DNA of 23,291 nt from Okeania sp. (GCF_035285525.1 NZ_JAYKGW010000011.1:1-23291), one strand, 5' to 3'; shown: positions 8,538 to 17,280, numbered from the stretch's first letter. Notes: a model not told the origin generated them from the letters alone. A program made the numbers and translations.

Positions 8538-9110
8538 TTATTCTTTGAGCTTAACTACTAATCCTAAACCACCAACAGCTAGAAGACCAAAAATAGTTCC
8601 AGGTTCAGGAAACGAAGTCTGAGTCTGAGTAATAGTAATAGTTGGTTCATCATCTTGATAAATGTAACCTCCTGCTAATCCCAATGAACCTGTAAAAGTA
8701 ATATCTGAAGCATCTCTCTTTAGAGTATATTCAGGAGCATCAAAAGCAATACCAAAATCAACTAATAAACCCCAATCTGAGGTAGAATAAAAGTCAAAAT
8801 TCACAGTAGGTTTTAAATCAAGACCTAAACCTAAATCCAAAGTTTAATCAGCTTCTAAATTTAATTCTAATCCATCAAAGTTAATTTCCTAATCTTCCAG
8901 AGTTCCATCCTCTGAGAAAAGTACAAAACCTCAATAGTCGCTGTTTAACGGTGAGAAATTTGTCAGTACAGGACTAACTTCAGTACTGGTAAAATTTCCT
9001 TCAAACTCTTGTTTGATTAGAGCATTAGCTGCAGTTGGAAAAACTTAACCTAGAACAGAAATTTCTACAGCTACTCCCACAGGTAGCTTTGGCAATAAAT
9101 TTTTAATCAC
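8538..9110 (-). pseudogene. PEP-CTERM-sorted secreted protein gene interrupted by four in-frame stop codons
   Basis: A single 191-codon frame runs from GTG at 9110. It has a signal-peptide-like N-terminus (VIKNLLPKLPVGVAVEISVLG*VFPTAANA) and a C-terminal PEP-CTERM tag (FPEPGTIFGLLAVGGLGLVVKLKE). In-frame stops are TAA at 9047-9045, TGA at 8933-8931, TAG at 8891-8889 and TAA at 8846-8844. No frameshift is needed to join the pieces. The ORF track shows only the last 100 codons. Confidence 0.7.
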
Positions 9111-9286
9111 GGTTTATAATACCTTTAATTTAGAGGTGTTCTTCTTTGAATTTTAGCTGAAAAATTATGAAATTTTCATTACCTTAGATCATGTCCGGAT
9201 AATCAACGATAAAAAACCTTTTCCTTTTGCCTTCCTTCCTGGAAAATGCAAATATTCAATCAGACATGATATTAATCATTATTTTG

Positions 9287-9922
9287 CTAATCTTCAAGGC
9301 AACAGTTCAGAACATCTACAAGAGATTTTTGCTTAATTTCATACCATAACTTTGTATCTACAATATCAGATTTAGCACCAACTTCAACCAGGCGATTATC
9401 AAGGTAAGTCAAAAACTCTTTTGTATCTAGATCTTCACCTACCTGTAAAAAACTAATTCCTAATCTATAACTATTTTCTCTATCTGAAATAAAATCAATT
9501 TTTTTAGTAGTATCTATAATTAAATTAATCAGTGATTCTTGCTCATTAGATATTTTGTCTAATAAAACTAAAATAATATCCCCATTTTTAGTTTTCTTTG
9601 TATTTTTACTCTGAAAATGATCATTAATAGCATCTTCAAGACTATTTACTAAATCCATTGTTTCTGGAGGATTTTTCATCTGAAATAGTTTAGCTAATTT
9701 GATAACTTCTGTATCTTGATGCTTAATAAAAGGACTTGACGCCAAGTAAACAGTAATTCCATCACTATCTAATGATTGACAACGTTTTGCTAAATGAATG
9801 ATTTTTGTTTGCGCTGCAATCCAATGTTCATAATACAGATGGGAAGAAGACCAACTTTCAGGACTTCTGGCGAAAATAAATGTGTAATCTAGATTTTTCA
9901 GAACTGAATTTTTATCAGACAT
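9287..9922 (-). CDS. Small vWA-like (TerY/copine-like) domain protein with a degenerate MIDAS motif
   Basis: 211-aa ORF with an ATG start. The order of elements matches a vWA fold: beta1 YTFIFARSPES (where DxSxS is expected), LDSDGITVYLASS, PPETMDLVNSLEDAI, GDIILVLLDKIS, LGISFLQVGEDLDTKEFLTYLDNRL and SDIVDTK. The call is from pattern recognition only. Confidence 0.45.
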   Translation of the reverse strand: MSDKNSVLKNLDYTFIFARSPESWSSSHLYYEHWIAAQTKIIHLAKRCQSLDSDGITVYLASSPFIKHQDTEVIKLAKLFQMKNPPETMDLVNSLEDAINDHFQSKNTKKTKNGDIILVLLDKISNEQESLINLIIDTTKKIDFISDRENSYRLGISFLQVGEDLDTKEFLTYLDNRLVEVGAKSDIVDTKLWYEIKQKSLVDVLNCCLED

Positions 9923-10199
9923 AGATTTTTACCTAAGATTTTAATAAGGACAGTATCTACGCACATACCCTATATATAGTGCTTAAAACCCCATACGCAA
10001 TAGTTTTTTAACTTTATATAATATATATTACCTTTCCATAACTCCTGAAGGAATAATGCAGCCTTTTGCACTATTCAGGACTTACGCAACTGCAAGGTAT
10101 TTTCGTCCGATACGACGGTCGGGAAGCAATCTCAAACCCCTCTTTTTCCTACCTCATGGCTTTAGTCCTAATTTAATTTGAGTTGAGTCTTTATTGATT

Positions 10200-10808
10200 T
10201 CATTTCAATTGATCGGCTACCTCTTTTAATTGTTTGACAATTTGTTTGTTTTGATGACTTCTTGAGCCATAAAGTCTGGCAGAAAAAACTGTAATTATTT
10301 CTATTACATCTTCGGCTAAGACTTCCTCAAAAGTAGAGTCTTCTGAACAATTAATAATAACTACTTCTGTGCCAAATATTTCACACAAAGTAAATATCAA
10401 GTCACTACCAAATCTTAGCAACCTGTCTTTATGAGTTAAAACTAATCGCTCTACTTGGTCTGAACAAATCAGTTTTATCAGTTTAATTAAACCTTTTTTA
10501 CGATAGTTCAGACCACTTCCCAAGTCTGATATCACTTCAAATGACCAACCTTGTTGAGCGCAGTATGTCTCTAAGACTATTTTTTGGCGATCCAAATCAT
10601 CTTTTTGGTCATGGCTACTAACTCTAGCATAGGCCACGGTCAAAGAATTATCTTGTTTGTTACCTATTAAATCAGATACTCTAAACCGTCGATGGCCTCC
10701 TGCGGTACGGATTGGGTTTAACCGTCCTTCAGTTTCCCATCGTCTGATTGTTTTTGTTGACACTCCTAGCAGTTCTGCTGCTTCAGATATAGTTAATAAG
10801 TTAGACAT
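10200..10808 (-). CDS. tnpA: IS607-family serine recombinase/transposase (MerR-type HTH plus resolvase catalytic domain); no adjacent tnpB
   Basis: 202 aa. N-terminal MerR-like HTH LTISEAAELLGVSTKTIRRWETEGRL..IRTAGGHRRF. Catalytic region YARVSSHDQKDDLDRQ with the serine nucleophile, then VERLVLTHKDRLLRFG. Length and architecture are typical of IS607 TnpA. Confidence 0.85.
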   Translation of the reverse strand: MSNLLTISEAAELLGVSTKTIRRWETEGRLNPIRTAGGHRRFRVSDLIGNKQDNSLTVAYARVSSHDQKDDLDRQKIVLETYCAQQGWSFEVISDLGSGLNYRKKGLIKLIKLICSDQVERLVLTHKDRLLRFGSDLIFTLCEIFGTEVVIINCSEDSTFEEVLAEDVIEIITVFSARLYGSRSHQNKQIVKQLKEVADQLK

Positions 10809-10907
10809 AAATCTAGTATATCACAATCAATGTCTAATTGTATCTAACTTTGTCCAATTAGGGTTTGCTGATTTATCGGGAACCGTAAAAGTCTTGTTGT
10901 GAAGGTA

Positions 10908-10935
10908 GGGAGTAGGAAGTAGGGAGCAGGGAGTA
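10908..10935. repeat. STRR heptamer array of the GGGAGTA family (4 units, 2 of them variant)
   Basis: gggagta ggaagta gggagca gggagta, about 100 nt upstream of the tnpA start. Confidence 0.85.
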
Positions 10936-10976
10936 AACCCACCCCTAACCACTGCCAGGAGGGGAAGTTAGGAGGA
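10936..10976. repeat. Inverted copy of the GC-rich hairpin repeat seen at 394-434
   Basis: acccacccctaacc...ccaggaggggaagttaggagg is the reverse complement of cctcctaacttcccctcctgg...ggttaggggtgggt. Confidence 0.7.
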
Positions 10977-11073
10977 ATCAGGAGTTGAGTGAGGATGTAC
11001 TTGTAAAAATTGTCCCTTGCCAATTCTGCCCAAGTCTTACCCAGATACTGACTTTTTCACTCTTATAAGTAAG

Positions 11074-11154
11074 GCGAAAATCTGGTACTTTTTCACGCTC
11101 TCAAAAGCCTAAAACCTTTACCAATAAATGCTTTTAGATTTAATCAGCCAGCCC
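11074..11154. repeat. ~80-nt MITE-like dispersed repeat (gcgaaaatctggtacttttt...atttaatcagccagccc)
   Basis: An inverted copy lies at 17968-18039. A third copy with an internal insertion lies at 19142-19234. A fragment lies at 10862-10895. Confidence 0.65.
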
Positions 11155-11224
11155 CAATTATTTTGATACTGTTGATTTTCCACACCTCCCCATCTTCCCA
11201 CACGAACCACACCTCCCCATCACC

Positions 11225-12490
11225 CTAACTAGGTATCAACACTGTTGCTGCATACCGATTTGGAGATAGGTATTTTTCCGCTAAATTTAGTAATTCTTTT
11301 GGTTGAAATGCTGCGATTTTATCTGGATAAGTTACTGCTACCTCTGGGTTTGCTATAGTAAAATAATAACCATAAAGACCAGCTAACTGCCCTGGACTTT
11401 CCGTCGCAAAGGCATAATCATTACATAAAAAACGCTTACACCGAACTAGCTCTGATTCAGAAATTTCCGAAGTCAATAACTCATAAAGGCGATCGCTAAT
11501 CCTTGCTTCTACCTCTAAAATATCTTCAGGTTCTAGCATCGCACTAATCGTAAACAAACTTGAATCTTGCTGTAAAGAAAAATCACTAGCAACTTCTTGT
11601 ACCAAACCAAAATCTTCCCGTAACTCTCTCACTAATCTAGAAGTTCTCCCCTCTCCCAACAAAACCGACAATAAATCTAAACCATAAGCATCATCTATTT
11701 GTGCCACTCCTGGTCCGATCCAAGCCATCGTTAGACGAGCTTGTTCCAATGGTAAATGTATTTCCTGACGACGAACTTCAGTTATTAACGGTTCAGGTTT
11801 GATTTCCACTTGTGGACAAGCATAACATTTTTGCGGAAAATTTTCAAAAGCTCTACCAACTAAATCTATAACTTGCGCTTCCTCCACTCCCCCAACAACC
11901 ACCACTGCCATATTTTCTGGTTGATAATGATAACGATGGAAACAACGCATTTCCCGAACTTCCAGTTCTCTCAATACTGCTTCCCTTCCCATAACCGAAC
12001 GTCCGTAAGGATGACATTGATAAACATTTTCCATCAATGCTTGAAAACCTACTTCATCCGGACAATCTTGTGATTGACGAATTTCTTCTAATACAACATC
12101 TAATTCCCTAACAAACTCTGATTCTGGTATAGAAGCTCGCAATAATAATTCTGCCAGTGCAAATACCATTTCATCTATCTGTTGAGCTGCACTGGTAATA
12201 AAAAAGTGAGCATAATCATGGCTAGTAGCTGCATTTGCTATTCCACCAAGATTTTCAATTATTTGATCGAACATTCCCGGAGCTAATTTTTCTGTTCCCT
12301 TAAAAATCGTATGTTCCAGGAAATGAGCCATACCTGACCAACTATCAGGTTCATGTCTAGCACCTGCTCTTACCCAAACATCTAGAACAACTACTGGAGT
12401 TGCTGGAATATACTGATGAATAACCGTTAGACCATTATCTAGCTTCAATATATGAGCTGGAAATTTAGGACTAGAAATTGCTATGGACAA
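11225..12490 (-). CDS. M16 (pitrilysin/insulinase) family zinc peptidase
   Basis: 421-aa ORF with the inverted zinc motif HFLEH (HxxEH), followed by ...ENLGGIANAATSHDYAHF. The first codon is TTG (12490-12488). There is no in-frame ATG before the zinc motif. Confidence 0.85.
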   Translation of the reverse strand: MSIAISSPKFPAHILKLDNGLTVIHQYIPATPVVVLDVWVRAGARHEPDSWSGMAHFLEHTIFKGTEKLAPGMFDQIIENLGGIANAATSHDYAHFFITSAAQQIDEMVFALAELLLRASIPESEFVRELDVVLEEIRQSQDCPDEVGFQALMENVYQCHPYGRSVMGREAVLRELEVREMRCFHRYHYQPENMAVVVVGGVEEAQVIDLVGRAFENFPQKCYACPQVEIKPEPLITEVRRQEIHLPLEQARLTMAWIGPGVAQIDDAYGLDLLSVLLGEGRTSRLVRELREDFGLVQEVASDFSLQQDSSLFTISAMLEPEDILEVEARISDRLYELLTSEISESELVRCKRFLCNDYAFATESPGQLAGLYGYYFTIANPEVAVTYPDKIAAFQPKELLNLAEKYLSPNRYAATVLIPS

Positions 12491-12772
12491 TTGTTTTAAT
12501 AAAATTTAGTCTTATTTGTCCTTATATATTCTAAAGGTTACTCTCTAGGGAATTTGTCAAATTTAATACTAAATAGAGAATAGGGAATAGGTATGGAGGG
12601 AACAGGGAAGAAAAATTAATAATTTCTGTATAATTAGGACTTACGCATAAACGTTATTGGTAGTGGAGCGTTTCACCTTAAATGGTGCAATAGCAAACTT
12701 GTCTGAGATTGCTTCACTGTCCTTCGCAATGACAAATAATCATGCACTATTTTAACTGAAACAGTCCAGTAG

Positions 12773-12816
12773 GGTGCCTTACGCTACGCGACATGAAAAG
12801 CGTAGCGTAAGGCACC
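12773..12816. repeat. Perfect 17-bp-stem hairpin repeat (ggtgccttacgctacgc / gcgtagcgtaaggcacc, loop gacatgaaaa)
   Basis: Read directly. A degenerate inverted copy lies at about 13165-13205, including a perfect 20-nt inverted match (12783-12802 vs 13178-13197). Confidence 0.85.
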
Positions 12817-12917
12817 AATACTCTATACATATAGCGCCTCTTCGTCAGTCCTGTTAATTTTTATTTTTGGAGATGTCTAATAGGAAATCGTTTCTTCGAC
12901 GGACTTAGTAAAAGCAG

Positions 12918-12955
12918 GTAGGGACGTTGCATAACAAAAATGCGAACGTCCCTAC
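12918..12955. repeat. Palindromic repeat of the GTAGGGACGTT...AACGTCCCTAC family
   Basis: Arms at 12918-12928 and 12945-12955. Positions 12918-12944 are a perfect inverted copy of 4687-4713. Confidence 0.85.
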
Positions 12956-13325
12956 ACATAAAATTGTCAAGTTATGTTGATGTACAGGGTAAATACCGAA
13001 AATCATGTAATGCGGTATCTTGCCCGCCATCAGTATACCCCACGGCCAACAGTAAGCGCCATATATTGTCTGATGCGTAAGTCCTATTGAAGTTCAACCT
13101 CAGTTTTTATCCTCAGTTCTGGTGCTATCAAGACTTACGCAAAGGCACTATATATAGCGTGTCGAGCCGTTACGCTACCGCTTTTCATGTCGCGTAGCCA
13201 AACACACCATACTAATATCCTTCATGGCTTTAGTCCTGATTAGTTTCAGTCAAAATTGCTGCCTACTCTAGATTTAGACTTGCCTAAGTATATAAACAAC
13301 ATCTTCACTCTCTACTGATAACTCA

Positions 13326-13808
13326 TTAATAGGCATCTTGTAATTCATAAAATTCTGGGGAAATATAATCCTTACGCAATGGCCAACCAATCCAGTCTTC
13401 CGGCATCAAAATTCTTTTCAGATTAGGATGTCCTTCATAAACAATGCCATACATATCATAAGATTCCCGCTCTTGGAAATCAGCAGATTTCCAAATCCAG
13501 TAAACCGAAGGAACTCTAGGGTCATCTCTAGGAATAAATACCTTTAAGCGTACCTCTTCTGGTTGGTCTACATCATCACTAACTTTGACCAAATGATACA
13601 TACTGACTAAATCTTCTCCAGGTCCAGCATCATAAGCACATTGACACTGTAGATAATTAAAGCCATAAGCATACAAAGCTGTAGATAAAGGAATTAAAAA
13701 ATCCCGATCAGCTTTGATAATTTCTACTCCCAAATGATCTGGTTCCAAGGACTCATGTTCAAAGCCATTCTCGGTCAACCATTGAGAAACTTTTCCTGCT
13801 TCAGCCAC
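13326..13808 (-). CDS. ndhJ: NAD(P)H-quinone oxidoreductase (NDH-1) subunit J
   Basis: 160 aa, typical NdhJ sequence (...[13 protein letters not shown]...[38 protein letters not shown]). GTG start with GAGGAGG upstream. Overlaps the ndhK stop by 8 nt. Confidence 0.92.
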   Translation of the reverse strand: MAEAGKVSQWLTENGFEHESLEPDHLGVEIIKADRDFLIPLSTALYAYGFNYLQCQCAYDAGPGEDLVSMYHLVKVSDDVDQPEEVRLKVFIPRDDPRVPSVYWIWKSADFQERESYDMYGIVYEGHPNLKRILMPEDWIGWPLRKDYISPEFYELQDAY

Positions 13809-14523
13809 GACTTACCTCCTCTTTTTGTGCAGTTAGCAGTGCTGGTGGTACTGGCATACCTATTGCTTCTGTTAGCTCTTTTGGTGGTGTTTGACGGTCA
13901 GATGTCTGTAGATATTGACCATTCAAAATTGGTTCAACCACTTTCATATTGTGCTTAACACTATAGTAGCGATGAGACTGCAATAGTTTACCACGTTCTT
14001 GTAAAGAATCATTAGCAATTTTTTTCCTCAGCTTAATGACAGCATCAATAATTGCTTCTGGACGTGGTGGACAACCAGGAATATACACATCCACTGGTAT
14101 TAATTTGTCTACCCCACGAACTGCGGTTGGAGAGTCCATACTGAACATACCTCCTGTAATTGTACAAGCACCCATAGCAATAACATACTTAGGTTCTGGC
14201 ATTTGCTCATATAGACGTACTAATGCCGGAGCATACTTCATAGTGATTGTACCAGCAGTAATTAATAAGTCTGCTTGTCTAGGGCTAGACCGTGGAACTA
14301 ACCCAAAACGGTCAAAGTCAAATCTGGAGCCAATTAGAGCTGCAAATTCAATAAAACAACAAGCCGTACCATACAAAAGAGGCCATAAACTAGAAAGTCT
14401 TGCCCAGTTGTAAAGATCGTCAACTGTAGTTAAAACAATATTTTCTGAAAGTTCTTGAGTAACTTCGGGAGGTTGCTCAATCGGATTAATAATTTTTTGA
14501 TTTTGATTTGGACTTAAGACCAT
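13801..14523 (-). CDS. ndhK: NDH-1 subunit K (Fe-S cluster subunit)
   Basis: 240 aa with the NdhK/NuoB signature ([10 protein letters not shown]...[13 protein letters not shown]...[12 protein letters not shown]...[11 protein letters not shown]). ATG start overlapping the ndhC stop. Confidence 0.93.
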   Translation of the reverse strand: MVLSPNQNQKIINPIEQPPEVTQELSENIVLTTVDDLYNWARLSSLWPLLYGTACCFIEFAALIGSRFDFDRFGLVPRSSPRQADLLITAGTITMKYAPALVRLYEQMPEPKYVIAMGACTITGGMFSMDSPTAVRGVDKLIPVDVYIPGCPPRPEAIIDAVIKLRKKIANDSLQERGKLLQSHRYYSVKHNMKVVEPILNGQYLQTSDRQTPPKELTEAIGMPVPPALLTAQKEEVSRG

Positions 14524-14876
14524 TCTAAAGCTCCTTTGCGCCAGGCGTACACGAGAGCAATAACTAAGATTGCGATGAAAATTAGGGCTTCTATAAAAGC
14601 TAGAAGTCCCAGTTGATGAAAGGCCACTGCCCAGGGATATAAGAATACTGTTTCTACATCAAAGATGACGAAGACCAGAGCGAACATATAGTAACGGATA
14701 TTGAACTGTATCCAAGCTCCACCAATTGGTTCTACACCCGATTCGTATGTGGTAACTCGCTCTGGGCCACGAGTTTGTGGCCGCAGCAGCTTAGATGCAG
14801 TTAAGGCAAGGATTGGTACTAGGCTACTTATGATCAGGAAGCCCAGAAAATACTCGTAACCACTAAGAACAAACAC
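14514..14876 (-). CDS. ndhC: NDH-1 subunit C (subunit 3)
   Basis: 120 aa, [14 protein letters not shown]...[41 protein letters not shown]. The first codon is GTG (14876-14874), with an in-frame stop three codons upstream. Confidence 0.93.
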   Translation of the reverse strand: MFVLSGYEYFLGFLIISSLVPILALTASKLLRPQTRGPERVTTYESGVEPIGGAWIQFNIRYYMFALVFVIFDVETVFLYPWAVAFHQLGLLAFIEALIFIAILVIALVYAWRKGALEWS

Positions 14877-14966
14877 AATTAACTAAATATTTCCTAAATA
14901 ACTATTACTCTTCTTTGTGAACATTATAAAGACCATCAGAGTCATTCTACTCCTAGTGCAATACAG

Positions 14967-15007
14967 AAGTCAAAAGTTGTAATTTAAAAGTCAAAAGTCA
15001 AAAGTGA
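14967..15007. repeat. Interrupted STRR heptamer array of the AAAGTCA family, in the ndhC/rubA divergent region
   Basis: gaagtca aaagttg ... aaagtca aaagtca aaagtga. Confidence 0.7.
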
Positions 15008-15083
15008 AAACGAGCAAAATGGTTATATTCTGTAATAATAATTAAGAATATTTTCATAATCGCCAATTAAATCCGTAGGAACT

Positions 15084-15467
15084 ATGAGCGAGGAAACAAC
15101 TAAGGCCAACATACAAGATGAGTCTAATCAACAGGATGAGACTAGCGAGAAAGAACTAGATCGATATGAATGTCGAGCTTGTGGCTATGTATATGAACCA
15201 ACCAAGGGAAGTTCTGCGGGAAATAAAAAAATTCCGCCGGGAACTGCTTTTTCAGATTTGCCTGTAGTTTGGCGGTGTCCTGTCTGTGGAGCGCGTAAAA
15301 TCCAATTTGTAAATGTTGGACCGACTGAAGGACCTTCAGGATTTAAAGAAAACCTGGGCTATGGTTTTGGTGTAAATACTCTCACACCCAGCCAGAAAAA
15401 TCTCCTGATTTTTGGTGGACTAGCTCTGGCATTCTTATTTTTTCTGAGCTTATATGGTTTACGATAA
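15084..15467 (+). CDS. rubA: Membrane-anchored rubredoxin (photosystem II assembly factor RubA)
   Basis: 127 aa with rubredoxin CxxC pairs (ECRACGYVYEP ... WRCPVCGARK) and a C-terminal TM helix (LLIFGGLALAFLFFLSLYGL). It sits in the conserved position upstream of ycf48-psbEFLJ. AGGAA lies upstream of the ATG. Confidence 0.9.
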   Translation: MSEETTKANIQDESNQQDETSEKELDRYECRACGYVYEPTKGSSAGNKKIPPGTAFSDLPVVWRCPVCGARKIQFVNVGPTEGPSGFKENLGYGFGVNTLTPSQKNLLIFGGLALAFLFFLSLYGLR

Positions 15468-15517
15468 GACAGCTTTCAATAATTGATAATTATTAATTAT
15501 CCATTATCCATTAATTT

Positions 15518-16546
15518 ATGATGCACTTAATAAGAAAATCCTGGAAACAAATTTTCATAATACTAGCAGCAGTTATACTTTGTAGCGGTTGCAAAAATGC
15601 TTATTTACCATCGATAAGTTACAATCCTTGGGATGTAATTCAATTACCAACTTTACCAAATGAAGTTAAGTTGTTCGATATTGGATTTACAGATAGTCTT
15701 GACCATGGTTGGATTGTGGGTAATAATACAACTCTCCTCGAAACTACTGATGGTGGTGAGACTTGGGAACCTAAAATTATAGATGATTTAGAAGAAAGAT
15801 TACGCTTGACATCAGTCAGTTTTTACGGTATAGAAGGATGGATTGTTGGACAACCTTCTGTACTTCTGCATACAGATGATGCCGGGGAGTCTTGGAATGA
15901 AGTTCCTTTAAGTTCTAAATTGCCAGGCGCTCCTAATACAATTGTCGCCTTGGGGCCAAGTTCTGCGGAAATGACGACTGATATAGGAGCAATATATCGC
16001 ACTGAAGATGAAGGACAACATTGGCACGCTCAAGTAGAGGATGCAGTGGGAGTAGTGAGAAATATTTCTCGTTCTACTGATGGTAAATATATTGCTGTGT
16101 CAGCGAAGGGTAACTTTTATTCTACTTGGGAACCAGGGCAAAAATCTTGGACTCCTCATAACCGTCAGAACTCTCGACGTTTAGAAAACATGGGTTTTGG
16201 TGATGATGGTCGTCTGTGGTCATTAGCACGAGGCGGTCAACTGCGGTTTAGCGACCCAGAAAATCTAGAAGATTGGGGAGAACCTATTAATCCTGAGTAT
16301 GCGACAAGTTGGGGTTTTTTGGATTTGGCTTACAGAACTCCTGAAGAAATTTGGGTTTCTGGTGGCAGTGGTAATTTGCTTCGCAGTACTGATGGAGGTG
16401 AAACTTGGGAAAAAGACACTGATGTAGAGAGTGTACCTGAAAATTTCTACAAAATTGTATTTATCAATTCAGAAACAGGTTTTATTCTTGGTCAAAGAGA
16501 AACTATTCTCAAGTATAACAATTCGGCTATTCCAGAGGCAGCTTAG
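15518..16546 (+). CDS. ycf48: Photosystem II assembly lipoprotein Ycf48 (HCF136 homologue), beta-propeller
   Basis: 342 aa. Lipoprotein signal with lipobox (AAVILCSGC). Repeated T.DGG.TW motifs (TTDGGETWEP, TDDAGESWNE, TEDEGQHWHA, STDGGETWEK). Conserved synteny with rubA and psbEFLJ. Confidence 0.9.
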   Translation: MMHLIRKSWKQIFIILAAVILCSGCKNAYLPSISYNPWDVIQLPTLPNEVKLFDIGFTDSLDHGWIVGNNTTLLETTDGGETWEPKIIDDLEERLRLTSVSFYGIEGWIVGQPSVLLHTDDAGESWNEVPLSSKLPGAPNTIVALGPSSAEMTTDIGAIYRTEDEGQHWHAQVEDAVGVVRNISRSTDGKYIAVSAKGNFYSTWEPGQKSWTPHNRQNSRRLENMGFGDDGRLWSLARGGQLRFSDPENLEDWGEPINPEYATSWGFLDLAYRTPEEIWVSGGSGNLLRSTDGGETWEKDTDVESVPENFYKIVFINSETGFILGQRETILKYNNSAIPEAA

Positions 16547-17007
16547 ACTACTACCATATTCCAGGCGATTAGCTTGGAATAAGTTAAATACTGCACAGAG
16601 AAGTTATTTATAGTCTTATGGGTAAATGATAAATCAGAATTTATTCATTCGTGACTGGGTTTGAGCATTTGAACCAAGCCAAAAACCGAGTTTATTGCCC
16701 TGATTACTGGTTTTTTCCTCTCACGAAATTGAGTTGATCAACTTTGTTTCTGTGGGAGTGACAAAGGTATAATTCCTCTGTATTTTTTGATTTGCTAAAA
16801 ATTAGTCTGAATGTGTTACAATCGATCCCGTCTGGCTAAAAAATCAAAATTACAGAAGTAAAGAAGGCTAAAAGTTTAGTATATCTTGACTTTTAGAAAA
16901 GACAAAAAACTCATTTCAATAACTATGATATGAGCAATTTAGAAAAGTTTTCAAACTATCATAAATTATAGATGATGGTTTAAGATTATTTGGGAGGAAA
17001 AAATTAT

Positions 17008-17256
17008 ATGGCTGGTGGCAACACAGGCGAACGTCCATTTGGGGACATTATCACAAGCATTCGTTATTGGGTAATTCATAGTATCACTATTCCGGCTTTG
17101 TTTATTGCAGGTTGGTTATTTGTTAGTACCGGATTAGCTTATGATGTTTTCGGTACACCTCGACCCAATGAGTATTACACTCAGGAAAGACTAGAAGTAC
17201 CAATTATTTCAGATCGTTTTGAAGCAAAACAACAAATTGATGAATTTATCAAATAG
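17008..17256 (+). CDS. psbE: Cytochrome b559 alpha subunit
   Basis: [57 protein letters not shown]... The ATG at 17008 is preceded by GGGAGGA (16992-16998). The track ORF begins at an upstream TTG (16990), which I consider spurious. Confidence 0.93.
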   Translation: MAGGNTGERPFGDIITSIRYWVIHSITIPALFIAGWLFVSTGLAYDVFGTPRPNEYYTQERLEVPIISDRFEAKQQIDEFIK

Positions 17257-17280
17257 ATAAAAAATCAGGAGATTAAAATA

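Noticed and set aside
9923-10199. The region downstream of tnpA, examined for a tnpB remnant or an omega-RNA-like structure.
   Set aside because: The 277 bp consist of copies of dispersed repeats seen elsewhere in the window (9968-10015 matches 23200-23243 inverted, GGACTTACGCA at 10078, tcatggctttagtcct also at 13224). No long open frame or TnpB-like translation is visible.
394-10976. Inverted copies of a ~40-nt GC-rich hairpin at 394-434 and 10936-10976 bracket the whole accessory block. They could be read as terminal inverted repeats of a 10.5-kb mobile island driven by the IS607 recombinase.
   Set aside because: A related hairpin also occurs inside the block (about 6460-6505), so this looks like a dispersed repeat family. 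IS607-type serine recombinases do not use long TIRs. No target duplication is visible. Treated as coincidence unless comparative genomics shows otherwise.
16787-16822. Candidate psbE promoter: TGtTACAAT extended -10 at 16814-16822 with TTGATT at 16787.
   Set aside because: The -35 to -10 spacing would be 24 nt, so TTGATT cannot be the cognate -35. The extended -10 alone, in AT-rich DNA, is not sufficient evidence.
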